In this document: positions 1 through 13,610 of the stretch, piece after piece
How the letters are laid out: each line of letters starts with the position of its first letter
Position numbering within the stretch: the first letter of the stretch is position 1
Origin: the human T2T-CHM13v2.0 reference genome, Homo sapiens
DNA length: 64,000 nucleotides
Reading direction: 5' to 3' (one strand)
Assembly: GCF_009914755.1 (NCBI RefSeq)
Contig: NC_060938.1
Position numbers and translations under genes: made by a program
Notes under the pieces: generated by a model
Seen by the model: only the letters and a program-made list of their open reading frames with translations
The model's database searches: none
What the model was told of the DNA's origin: nothing

Positions 1-1339
1 TTAAGAGTATATGCTTTGCAGTCATAAAGACCAGAATTGCATTTCTGTCCCTTTCTAGGTCACCCATTTCAGAGGGTCATATTGAGGAATATATAAAAGA
101 ATATATTTAGTGCACTTATAATATGGTGGCTGGCACTAAATAAGTGCCTAAATAAGTGATACTTTGTTATTATTATTGTTCTCTTCCATGGAACATTGTT
201 TTATAATTAGTGTTCCCTGGAATGATTATTATTTTTGTTCAGTGTCTGATTTACTTCTGAGACCTTGTGAGTTTGATAATTAAGTTTTGCAGAACAAATA
301 TGGCTACAAAGGAAAGGCCTGTTTTCTCACATCGAGATCAAGACCAAGACCTGTGCTTCGTGATTTTCTAATTTCTCTCTTCCTTTTGCTTGGCAGAGAT
401 AGATGGGATAAAGATTTATAAAATAGATCCTCATCTAGAGATGGAATTGATGTTGTGGAGGAATTAAACCAGATGGGAGGCTAGTAGAAAACTGCACATA
501 TAAATGGGTCCTATTTGCTATAACAAATAACTACTAGAGGGGCAAAATGAAAATGACCTGTGATAGCATCTTATTTTGGCCATTCCTATGATCACCACTT
601 GCCTCAATGACTCACTGAATGCTTGAATGAGTTTCGAACTCCATTGGGTGTAAGTCAAAACAATTTTCACTTGTTTCATTTACCTTCCAATATAGCATGC
701 AGGCAAGCCTTGGATTGAAGGCTTGATCTAAAACAGAGCTGCCTCTCTGTGTTTCTCAGGGAGGAAAAAAATGTGAGCAAAAATGTTTCTTGCCTCTAAG
801 GAGCCTCTGAAGTTGGCCCCTGTTCCAGGGAAGAAGCTGGAAGGCCCAGCGCTGCTGATACAGATTCATTGAGGAAGTATACTCCTCAGAGGCAAGCCAT
901 CCATCATTACTTACTGGCTGGGCTTTCCCTTCCCAGACAACTACATAATGTCCAAGTTGGACTTACAACTTTGCATTAGCTCAGGGGAAACAAATGGCAC
1001 ACCTTCCGTAGGTTAAATGGATTGGGCCATCCAAGAAAATCTGTTTTATGGAACCATTTGGCTTACTGAACAGCCTCATGTTACAGATAAATGAAACCCT
1101 ACAGCAAAGGAGCCAAACCTGCATTTTAGTTATTTTTGCAGAAGTGGAGCCATTTGTTGCCAGAAAAAGTTCAGCTTCATGAAAATGGACTTTGAGAACA
1201 CTAGACTGGGAATATGCTTTGCTTTTCAAATAAAATCCCTGTTTCTCATTATGGCTATAAACACCTCAGTCTTATGCCACTTTTCCTCTTATGCATACTC
1301 TCTAGCCACACTGGTTTCTCTTTGTCCCTCAATTCTATC

Positions 1340-2030
<691 letters not shown>

Positions 2031-2848
2031 GAGTCAGATAATCTGGATCATCTTCAAAACTAGTCCTGTAAAAATTGGAAATTTTCATATTCTTTATGAG
2101 TCTCAGTTTTCCCAAAATGATGGGATTGGAATATTAAGGAATTTATACTGATACTTTACACTTTTATTTTTTATTCCAATGAGCTTTTCCTTTTAACTGA
2201 TTTTGCTAGACATTAGAATATATAATATTGGGATCAGGAGTTAGTGCTCTGCATCTTTCTCTGTGGCTGTGTCCTCACAATGCCAACATAACCAATTAAT
2301 TCTATCAATTCTGTTATTTGACATCAAAAAAACCTGTTTATTTTCAGGTTGTGTAAACACAATTCAAAGGAATAGTTAGGATTACACTAGAATAGTTGAT
2401 CCTTAAAATCTTGGGATTTGAGACAAATATTAATTTTCTCAATTGTTAGCAGATTATTTTTCATTGAGAAATGATCTTTAGTGGTGATTGTAAAATATGG
2501 CATGCTCACTAGAGCTTATGTCAATAACATTTAAGAAATGACCAGCTTTGACTTCAATTTTGATTATTTGAGGATGATAGAAAATCTCTTGTAACACACA
2601 TCCACACACATAGTATCAGCCCTGCCATTTATCTTGAAGATCACAGTTTTATCAGCAGGGTGTTGAATTTCTCTTTCTAGAAGACTGTAGTTGTCTTGTC
2701 CAATTGCTCATGTCTGTGCTGCAATCACATGCTGTGTGGTAGTGGTTGATATTATTTGGTTGATTCCATTAATTCGCATTTTTTATTCCATGCACATAGG
2801 AGTGTGTATAATAAAGCATTTCTATCAGTATATTTCACTGTTACTCAC

Positions 2849-3210
2849 TGATATGGTTTGGCTGTGTCCCCACCCAAATCTTATCTTGAATTGTAGCTCC
2901 CATAGTCACTACATGTCATGGGGAGGGACCTGGTGGAAGGTAATTGAATTGTGAGGGTGGGTTTTCCCCATGCTGTTCTCGTGATAATAAGTCTCACGAA
3001 ATCTGATGGTTTTATAAAGGGGAGTTCCTCTGTATAAGCTCTCTTGCCTGCCCCCATGTAAGATTTCTGTTTGCTCTTCCTTCATCTTCTGCCATGATTG
3101 TGAGGCTTCCCCAGCCATGTGGAACTGTGAGTCCATTAAACCTCTTTTTCTTTATAAATTACCCAGTCTTGGGTATGTCTTTATTAGCAGTGTGAGAACA
3201 GACTAATACA
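2849..3210 (+). mobile_element. THE1-type MaLR solo LTR
   Basis: Starts TGATATGGTTTGGCTGTGTCCCCACCCAAATC, ends GACTAATACA, 362 bp, perfect 5-bp target-site duplication (TSD) CTCAC at 2844-2848 and 3211-3215. Confidence 0.95.
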
Positions 3211-3329
3211 CTCACAATTATTTATTAAGTGTCTCCTGTGCTCAGCACTTTGGGGAGTGTAGACAAGAAAATAGATGACATGGACCCTGCCCTGATTTAT
3301 ACTTTATATTAGATGTAATAAACATTAAT

Positions 3330-3555
3330 TAAATACCTACTGTTTACTAGGTGTCAGCTGGATACTTTTCCATTAGTTTTGTCATTTATTCCCCAAAACC
3401 GTTATGCTTTAAAGGTGTTATTGTCCAAATCTGGCAGATGAGAAAACTGAAGGTTAAAAGTTTTTCCAATTTTCCCAAGATTAAATTATGTCAAAGCTAG
3501 AACTTCAAATTAGTTTTCCAATTATAAGTCTGGTGCCTACTTCATTAGACTACAG
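3330..3555 (-). mobile_element. MIR SINE
   Basis: Antisense MIR core 'cagatgagaaaactgaaggtt...cccaagatta'. Confidence 0.6.
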
Positions 3556-3669
3556 AAAGACAAATGATATACAGCATTAGTGAAATGACTATAGAACGAG
3601 GTAAGCTACTTTAAGTACAGCAGGGGAGGAAAAACGTGTACTTTAATATCCTTACTTTGGAGAGGTGAG

Positions 3670-3723
3670 TGTATTAGGGTTTTCCAGAAGAACAGAACCA
3701 ATAGGAGATCTATCTGTCTGTCC

Positions 3724-3819
<96 letters not shown>

Positions 3820-4284
3820 GGAGGGAGAAAGGGGGAGATAGAGAGAGGAAAGTATGTATTATAAGGAATTGGCTCATACAGTTATGAAGACTGAGATATC
3901 CCAAGATCTGCTGCTGGTATGCTGGTGACCCAGGAAAGTTAATGATGTAGTTCTACTCTGAATGCTGTCAGGCTTGAGACCCAGAAAGAGCCAGTGTTTC
4001 AGTTCAAATCCAAAGGCAGGGAGGAACTGATGTCCCAGCCCAAGACAGTTGGGCAGGAGGAGTTCTGTCTAACTTATGGGAAGGCCAGCATTTTCTTTTT
4101 TTTTTTTCAGGCCCTCAGCGACTAGGGGAGGCCCACCCATGCTGGGGAGGGTAATCTACTTTACTCAGTCTATGGATTCAAATGTTAATCTCATCCAGAA
4201 CCACCCTCACAGACCCAACCAGAATAATTCTCCACCAGTGTTTCGGTACCCTACAGTCTAGTCAAGTGGACACATAAAATCACA
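3670..4284 (-). mobile_element. MLT2-type (ERV-L) solo LTR
   Basis: Ends TGTATTAGGGTTTTCCAG...AGAACCAATAGG and GTCAAGTGGACACATAAAATCACA match antisense MLT2; near-perfect TSD GTGAG/GTGGG. Confidence 0.88.
3709..3820. repeat. Compound tetranucleotide STR TCTA(TCTG)2TCCG(TCTG)9(TCTA)14TCTG
   Basis: Units counted directly from the sequence. Confidence 0.97.
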
Positions 4285-4386
4285 GTGGGTTTGCCTTACT
4301 CTCTGTTTATATGTATCTGTCACAATAGCTCATAATTGGTTTTGCATTAAAATTCTTACGTCAAGATTAAAAAAAAATTGAGTCAG

Positions 4387-4802
4387 GTGTTTGCTTTTGT
4401 TTGTTTCACTCCCAATATCCATCACCCTTTTATAACAATTTCTGATATCCTTCTATAAAACTCTCTCTCTTTAATGGACTGTTCTTAGAAGGATTGTAAG
4501 CCAAGATGGCTCCACTTTTCTCTATCAGAAGGGCACACATGTGACCCAAGCTAACCTCAACAGACTCTCTCTGGGACTGGGAATATTGAGTAAAGCAACA
4601 CAAGGTGGGAAAAATGATTGTATGCAACTATTTCAGTGGCAGAGGCTCTTTGAGAAATTTCTGCTGCTTAGATACCTGGAACTGCCAAATTTTAAGCCTG
4701 GTTTCTGCCTTCTCATCAAGATCCTTCTGATAAATTTCCTTTTTGCTTAAGCTAGCCACATTTGTTTCTGTTGCTTGCAATGAAAGTATCCTATCAGATA
4801 CA
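4387..4802 (+). mobile_element. Old ERV-L-class LTR (LTR33/LTR16-like)
   Basis: 3' end 'ataaatttcctttttgcttaagctagcc...tttctgttgcttgcaa...cctatcagataca' is typical of this group; 5' boundary uncertain. Confidence 0.5.
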
Positions 4803-6040
4803 AAAACATTATGTGATTCCCCAGCCTTTTCTTTTCTATCTAGTCTCAATGGGTATGAACATCAACTGTTTTAGATTTACCACTGGGATGAATTTCCCAA
4901 AAGATTAAGTATTTATCTGAAGCCTGGACTGCCACTGAGAATTTTGTAGCAAAGCTATTTTCTGAAGTGCTTTCATTTTTACATTATCAAATTTGGCTTC
5001 CTTTGACTTGCATGGTCTCTACATCCTGAGACCAGGACTAAAGCCATTATTTTTGCTTACTCTTAAAATCTTATAATGCACACTTTTCAAGTGGGATTCC
5101 TGGGGTTATTTAACCTTTTATATTGTCTGCTTTAACAAGGATTAAAATGGCTGATTATACACACTTTTTCTATACCTTGGTAGAGTTTGGGTACAGTAAG
5201 AACCCATTACCAAACCTCTCCCTCCATGATGAAGAAACAAAGACCACAAGAGCCCTAGTGACTAGGTGAGAACTGAACAGTGTGGAAGAGGATCCAGGAA
5301 CTTCAAGTTTTCTCCTTCATTGGCATTAACAACCTGACTGTGTAGTGTTGATCTCTCTTCCTTTCTCTTTCTCACTGAGCTATACAGTTCCTAGAAGGCT
5401 CTGGGGTGTCCGCCATCCAGACTCCCGCATTGGCGAATTGCATGATGTATTTTAGAACTGAATCCAGTCAGGGACATGGGCCAGAAACCAGAGGCAGCAT
5501 CTGTTTTATAAAACCGTAGCATGCCTGCCATTTTTCCCATTGTTCTGCTTTGTGTTGGCAGATGAAAACATTCCCTTCTGGCAGTTTCATTTTGTTCTTT
5601 TCTAGCCTTACAAATCCTCAAGTTCTGTCTGGGTTCTCTCCGATTGTTATCAAGTGGATCTCAACATTGCTGCTTTTTTTGTGTTCAGCATATTACACCT
5701 CTGTCTCTTCATTCTCTTTGGCTCCTGTTTTAGCAGTGTTGATACTCAGTACCCAGTCTCATCCTTACTTTTCTCTTATGCATATAGAGTGTGTCATGGA
5801 TAAAACTTCAGCTCTTATGATCACATCAGCAAACATTTAATGCTGCCTTTTATAACCTGAACATGCTTTTGTTATTCCTCTCACATTTCATGCCTCAGTG
5901 GTGATTGTTAAGTTCCCTGCTGTATTCTAACGGCCTGTTCAGACACTTAATCCTCATATCCACTGGGACATCACATATTGCTAAGGTCAGAATTTTCCGT
6001 TCTGTGAAAGTGTGCAGTTTTACCCCTTAAGATATACCAG

Positions 6041-6197
6041 GTGCTTAGGATAAATGCTTTAAACAAATTCAAGTAACTTGCCTCTCTTACTTGAAAATAT
6101 TCACAGGTCTACAGGGCTGTGTGCTTAGGGTAAATGCTTTAAACAAATTCAAGTAACGTGCCTCTCTTACTTGAAAATATTCACAGGTCTACAGGGC
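6041..6197. repeat. Two-copy tandem duplication, 80-bp period
   Basis: 6041-6117 and 6121-6197 are identical at 75/77 positions. Confidence 0.97.
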
Positions 6198-7664
6198 CAA
6201 TTCAGATTTTCTGACCCATCCAGAAAATGAATGAGTAGGGTGCTTACAAGTCTTGCTTCTTCATTGTCTCTTTCCCACCCTTGTCTCATATCAAATAGCA
6301 TCTACAACACATTTATCTTTTTTTGAGTGTATGTTTATGCTTTCATTTTCAGGAATTACATTTGGCATTTCAAATCAAGCATAGGAAGCTTTTTATATGA
6401 GCATTTTCAACAACCTGATTTAATTCGGCATAATTTTCATCTTTATACCTCTGAGGCAGGAATGAGTGTTTTCTTCTCAAACTCACATTTCTATTCCCAT
6501 AAGCAAGGTGAGAAAATGTCTTTTTCTTGGAAGTGGCTGTGGGAGGTCAGTGGGTATCCAGATTTCTCAAAGTTGTTTAATCCCTTGTAGGTCTTCACCC
6601 CAGGATTATAGTAATCTCATCTTCTCCTTTCCAAGACTAACTCTTCCTTCTTCTTTTGTGACTTGAATTGCAGACAACTTCTACCTTGCTTACTTTTTTG
6701 ATCTTCTTCTCTCTTCTAACTTGTGGAACCCAGCTTCCATCTGTCTACAAATGTGCTCAGGGTTTTTCTTATTAAAATAATCCACTTCTCAAGGCCCCTG
6801 GTCTCATTTTCTGTTTACCACCCACTGATTGATATTTGAGCTTGGACTCAATGTGGGGAAGGGCACCTCAGAGAGATGGAAGGTCAAGGACAGAACCTGG
6901 AGGCAAGATTTAAAAGATCCCTTTTGTCAGAATTGAGTGCAATGGTAGGACTTTCTGTTTTAAAGAAAATCGAAAGCAAAGCAAAAGTCTGACTTGCTAC
7001 ACAGAGAAAACTGAGCAGGCAGGATGACCCTGTCCTTTCTCTGACATCTCCCATCCCAAGATTTATTCATTGTCCAAATGATGATTAGAAAACTCACCTT
7101 TAGACTCCATGAATGTGCGCACTGGTTTCAACAACCCTTGGGTGGCTCCCTTTTAGGTGGACCCTTGGTTTATCTACAGACACAAGTCACCAACTGCAAA
7201 CCCCTCTGGTTTATTGATTTTACTGTATACTTCTTGTTAATAGCTTTACTTTGCCTAACAGATATGGTTGCCTCTCTCTCAGCAATATATAGTCTGGAAA
7301 AATGTTTCTTGTCTTCTGGACACGTATAAATGGAATCCAGCTTTATTTTGGAACCACAAAAGTGGCAATGTGCATAAAAAAATAAAATTTGACAGATAAA
7401 ATTTAGAATGGCCATGTTCAAATGTGGCTCTGTTCAAGTCAGATGTTTGTTTAACAATCATTTATCTTTCTTTGATGACTTAGGGTGTCTCCAGTTGGAA
7501 TTCTGGCTTCTCCAATTAAGCATAATGGTGTCAGGTTATAGCCTCTCCAAATATGTTTACCCATGTTGTCATATATTAGCTTTTTTCTAATACTCAATGT
7601 GTAGAATCCATGTGAGCAAAGACCCTCAAATCTGACGATCAATGAGCCTGGCTCATGGGAAATA

Positions 7665-7925
7665 ATAGTTTGATGACTAAGAACATGGACTCTTGTGCCA
7701 GATTTCCAAAGTGGAAACCTAGCCCTTCACTTACTAGTTTTTTAACCTTGAGCAAGTTGCCTTACCCTTTATGCCTCATTTTCTTCATTTGTAAAACAAT
7801 AGCAATAGTGATTTTTTGTCATATTGTTGTGTGAAGGTAAAGTGAATTAACATGTGCACTGTGTTTAGCACAGCACTGTGAAGTAGTAATTTCAAGGTCT
7901 TATGTTATTATTTGTATTATTATTA
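7665..7925 (+). mobile_element. MIR SINE
   Basis: 'accttgagcaagttgccttaccc...gcctcattttcttcatttgtaaaa' core and 'ttattattt...attattatt' tail. Confidence 0.8.
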
Positions 7926-9671
7926 TGGATGAGTGTCAAAAGATATCAGGAGCACCTGATGGGTTTGAAAGTAACTTTCTAGGACAAAAAGAAGAGTTCA
8001 TAGTGGCAAATCACCAATTGATCCCATTCTTCTCTATGATACTCTCCACTCCCCCTACATGTCATAAGATGTGGGTAATTATATTCCTTTCTTGGAAGAC
8101 AGCAGGAATGGAAAGATAATTAAAATATTCTGTGCTGGGAAAGACATTTCTTGTAGTATCTATATATCATGAGAAAAATGTTGTAGACCTTTGAGGTAGG
8201 CATGGAATGCCCCAATGCCTGTTTCTCAAATGCCTTGCTGTCCCTCACTCACCTCACTGTAGGTTAATAACGGTGAGTGAGTAAACAAGACCTACTTTGG
8301 TCTTTTAAATTATCCCAGGGCCTAAAGGGATATAACTATTGTGAAGGAAGCCCTGGTACAAATAACATGATATTCACGGGTTAAATTAATACCAAATCCT
8401 GAGCCCTTGGGACTAACAAGTATAGTTAAGCTTCAAAGATATTTCTTACTTATCTTGGAAACAACTAAGAGGACAGGTGGCTAGATAATTCTGAGGAAAA
8501 ATTGGGAATGTCAGTTTCATGGAGTTTCGAATCTTTCTTTTCTCTTTCCCCTTCCATGGACGGATTTTCATCGTTAGAACAAACTCTTGATTTAGAATTT
8601 CTTATACGTGGGCTTCGGGATTGTTTATATTACATGTTCTATAAAAAGTATTTGATACTTCTCTTCCCTTTCCTGTCCTCTGCCCCTAGCTTAATTTGAT
8701 TTTTCCCTTATGGCGGGAAAATCTGAGTGGCTGTCAGCACTCAATATTGCTCTGAATGGCCACGGGTAATGATGGCACTGATAGGAAGTTCTGCTCAGCT
8801 GAACCTTTGAAGCACAGATGTTCCTCTAAGATGTTGCTGAAGCTGGCAAACCTCTCCAATTTTGTAGGCAGAGAAAGTCTTCCAGCATTTCTGGCTTTCC
8901 TGCTATTAGAAAGAGTTGGAAATACTGTAGAGGCAGCCTCTCTGTTGAAATTTCTGCATTTTGCTTTCCCACTAGTGGCTTAGATATGCAGCTTGACACT
9001 TTGATACCAGCAAGAAGGTCAGTCAGTACTCCATGCTGCACTGTAATTGGGAGGTTGATTTCTTCTGTCCATCCAGCTCTAACTTTACTTTTACTTTTTC
9101 TTCTCAGTTATTACAGTTGTGCTGTATTGTCACTGTAGTCTACAGTAATATATAGAGATAATTAAATGCTGTAGATGTTCTTTGTCATGCTGCTTATATA
9201 AAAAAGTACATGATATTGAAGCACTCTTGAGACTTTGCTTTTCAAAGCTGAAGACTGTGATCTCGTATCTCTGCCATCTAAGCATGGGAAACAGGTTTAG
9301 CGAGAGTGAAAGAGAATTGTGTGACCTTCTCTCAAAACCTTGAACTGAATCAAATATGCTTTTGTTGGGAGAAAGATAATGACTGAACTGAGGTCATCTG
9401 AAAATGTGTTACAGACTGTGTTGTCAGTACAACACAATGCCCCATTCTTGGGAGAGATTATAAATTCTCCACCTTTGATGACAATTTTTCCATGATCATT
9501 TTTAAAAATAATTTCCTTGAAACTTTTCTATGAAGTGATGTTTTTTTCTAATTGCATCACTTGTTCTGATTTATATTCAGAGGAAAGAAGATGATATTAT
9601 AAAATAAGAATTTGGAGGTTTCTGAGAACTAAAAGTGAACTAAATATGTTAAAAGTTTGTGATGAAACCCC

Positions 9672-10222
9672 TTGGGAAGAAGAATTTCAAATAATTTATG
9701 TAAATGCCCTTTCCTTAAGGAGGTGAAGCATAACTCTCTATTCTTTAAGTGTGAACTTCACATTGTGATTTCCTTCCAAAGAGTACTGTATAGAAAGGAG
9801 GAGAAAAAACGACTACACAGTAGAGAAACCTGAAAATCATTTCAGCTAGAAAATCAAGGTCAACATCAACAGTCATAAATCATATTGATAGCATGAACCC
9901 TTGATATGATGTGATGAGAATGACATTTTACCTCTGTGATCTTCCTCTCCCAAACCTATAAAATCCAGTCTAATCATGAGAAAAACATCAGACAAATTCC
10001 TGAGAGACATCCTACAAAACCTGACCAGCTCTCCTCAAAACTGTCAAAGTCTTCAAAAATAAGGCAAGTTGGACAAACTATCACCGTCAAAAGGAGTTTA
10101 AAAAGTCATGACAACTAAATGTAATGTGGCATTCTGGATGGAATCCTGCAACAGAAAAAAGAACATTCAGTAAAAACTAAGGAAATCTGAATAAACTATG
10201 GATTTTTCTTAATTAAAAAAAA
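9672..10222 (+). mobile_element. Ancient L1 (L1MC/L1MD-type) 3' UTR fragment
   Basis: 'ccagtctaatcatgagaaaaacatcagacaaa...ctcctcaaaactgtcaa...gacaactaaatgtaatgtgg...aaaactaaggaaatctgaataaa' matches old L1M 3' ends. Confidence 0.8.
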
Positions 10223-10445
10223 TTATGATACACCAGTCATTTTCTTATATCACAACTGATTTAATTCTAATAGTGAAACTATGTCTTCTTTAAGGAATAG
10301 AATATATGGCTGGGAGCTTAATATCCTAAACCTATGCTTAGAGAGAGGTAAAGTGACTTGTCCAAAGTTACACATTTCCTGAATAAGCCTAAGACTACAT
10401 AACAACAGAGAATTGTAGGATTTGCCACAACCCTATGATGATTTA

Positions 10446-11142
10446 TATATTAATTTTCTATTGCCACTGTAATGAATTGCCATAACTTTAGCAGCTTAAA
10501 ACATCATCCATCTATTATATCACCATCTATTATATCATCCATCTATTATATCATCTATTATATCATCCATCTATTATATCATCATCTATTATATCTGTAT
10601 GTCAGCATTCTGGGTATAGCATGGCTCAGTTGGGTCCTTTCCTCAGAATCTCTTAAGGCCGAAATCAAATATATCAGCAGGGCTACCTTCCTTTCCATTT
10701 GTTCTGGGATTATTTGCCTTTAAAGTCATTCAGGTTTTTATCGAAATTCAGTTCCGTGTGGTCATAGAACTGAGATTCCCATTTCCTTGCTGGTTGTACG
10801 AGAGAAACATTTCTCAAGTCCCAAAGGCCTCCTGCATGCCTCCTCACAATGCCTTCTCCATCATAAAACAAGCGGCACAGTGAGTCTTTCTCATGCCTTG
10901 AATGTCTTCCACTTCCTCTCTGGTCACATCTCTCTGTCCTCAGCAAGGAGTAAACATTGATTTTTAAGAGCTCATGTAATTATATTAGGCTCACTGGATA
11001 ATCCAGTATAATGTTCCTATCTTAAAGTCAACTGATTAGTAATCCCATGTCTACAAAATCCCTTTTTCCATATAGTGTAACATATTCACAGGCTTCAGGG
11101 ATTAGGGCAGGACGTCTTGCAGGGGTGGCATTCTGCCTACCC
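10446..11142 (-). mobile_element. MLT1-type MaLR LTR with an internal minisatellite
   Basis: Antisense MLT1 ends 'tattaattttctattgcc..gtaa...gcttaaaaca' and 'ggcattctgcctacc'; about 6 copies of CATCTATTATAT at ~10502-10595. Confidence 0.8.
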
Positions 11143-11295
11143 CAGTTTAGTAAGAGTATTCTTGGCTGTTTGATGTTGATTACTATCTTACCATCACCAT
11201 CTATTACCTCTGACACTCTCTGAGATATACCCATACATTTATGTTCAAGGGCTGGTCTCAAGTACATCCTAAGGTAGTCAGTTACCTTTCCTTGA

Positions 11296-11681
<386 letters not shown>

Positions 11682-11840
11682 ACAACACTCCCTTTTTTGT
11701 GTATACCAACTAACCAGTGAACCATCCACTTGGCAAAAAATTTCTTTTGAAACTCTGCAATATAATTAAGAAATACTCAAATGCCTGATAAAGGCCCCTC
11801 TCTCTTTTGCTCTGTCTTTCTCTTAAAGTTAATATGTGCA

Positions 11841-12339
11841 TGATGGAGTTTGGATATATGTCCCGTCCAAATCTTGTGTTGAAATGTGATCCTCAGTGTT
11901 GGAGGTGGTGCTTGGTGGGAGATGTTTGGATCATGGGGGCAGATCCTTCATGAATGGCTTGGTGCCCTTCCTGTGGTAATGCTTTCACTTGAGCTCTGGT
12001 TGCTAAAAAGAGCCTTCTACTTCCTCCTTTCTCTCTCTTGCTCCCTCTCTCACCATGTGACATGCCAGCTCCCTCTTTGCCTTCTGTCATAACTGTAAGC
12101 TTCCTGAGGCTTCTCCTTTCTTTCTCTTGCTTCCTCTTTCTTACTCCTCCTCTCACCATGTGACATGCCAGCTCCCTCTCTGCCTTCTGACATAACTGTA
12201 AGCTTCCTGAGGCCTCACTAGAAGCAGATGCTATCACCATGCCTGTACAGCCTACAGAACTGTAAGCCAAATAAACCTCTTCTTTCTAAGTTACTCAGCC
12301 TCAGGCATGTCTTTATAGCAATGAAGAATGGACCAATAA
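11841..12339 (+). mobile_element. MSTB-like MaLR solo LTR with internal duplication
   Basis: MST LTR motifs 'ggatcatgggggcagatccttcatgaatggcttgg' and 'ccaaataaacctct'; TSD GTGCA/TTGCA. Confidence 0.88.
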
Positions 12340-13384
12340 TTGCATATCTGTGCCCAACTCAGTACCTGATGCATTGTGGTATTTAGGAAATATTAGCTTA
12401 AGGAACTTGCAAATCCTTGCTCTAATTTGTCCCTCATAGATGACTAGGAGTGAAGATCTCATTAACCTTACCTTACAGAAGAGCAAACTGATGTTGAGAA
12501 GTCAAGCAGCTTCCCCATTCCCACTTGGCAAGTCCAGCCCTCTGGGGAGCTTGACACAGGTTTAGAGAACCAGGTCTGCATCCCAGTTCTTTCTACTACA
12601 AGACAACATCTTCCTTGAGGGCTAGGATAAATGCACAGTGTGGCCACTCAGGGCAATGAATTTACAGGCCATTTATTGCATTCAGATTCTACCCCTGGAT
12701 ATTTTGAAAATGTTAAGTCCATAATTTCTCTCCTTTAAGGTAGAGTTTTTCAGCTTAAAGTTGCTGAACTTAGAAGTTGTTTTCCAATTCTTGTGTAGGT
12801 GGTAATATTCCCTGCCTCCAGAAGCTGTAAATACATTCCTTACAATTTCTCTTCTGATTTTCTGCCCCTTCATCAGATTATTACTTCCTCACCTTTCCCT
12901 TCTCTAGTGGACTGGAAGCACCACAGGAGCAAGAGTCATATCTGTTATGTGCAGCTGGAGCCTGGTATAGTCTCAGTCTCAGTCATTGTGGAATGGATGA
13001 ATGGGGCAGCACCTTAGAGTCAAGGAAGTGGGATATTCTGAGGGTTTAAGAAGTCCTCACTTAAATTCACCTTGTGTCTGCCTCCTCCCAGGGAAAAAAG
13101 AGCCCCTTAATCTGAATGTTGGGTCCCAGGAACCCAAGTGGGCCACATTTGCAGGGCTGGTGTCACCGTGCACTGAGGGTTATGAGCCTGGGTATGAGGC
13201 TCTCTTCCTGGTGCTCAGGACTTTCTTCCCCTTTCTCATGGAAGAAGTTGTAAACTGACATAGCAAAACACTCCTGTAACCAACTCTCCAGCACTCTCTT
13301 TCCTAGGGTTTCTTCCATGTAGCAGGGCTGACGGGGGCTAAACTTTAGTTTTGAGCTTAAGGGGAGATAAGGAGTTTTTAAAGG

Positions 13385-13610
13385 AGGATCGGTTTTAATA
13401 GTCAAACTGCCTGGGTCCATACCCCAATTCTGTCCCTTAATAGCTATGCGAGCTTGGGAAAGCTGGTTATCCCCTGATTTTTTGGTGAATTTCCTAATCT
13501 GTAGAGTGATCAATAATTGTTGCTAGATTTTCAAATGTTTTATAGGGGTAAAAATTAGATCATGCCTATGAAGCATTCAGCACAGTGTCTGGCATCTAGA
13601 AAGTGCTTCT
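13385..13610 (+). mobile_element. MIR SINE
   Basis: 'gtcaaactgcctgggtcc...ttcctaatctgta...agcattcagcacagtgtctggcatctag'. Confidence 0.7.

Noticed and set aside
3709-3820. Identity with a named forensic STR (vWA, D3S1358, D21S11)
   Set aside because: The repeat type is similar but the flanks do not match those loci as I recall them.
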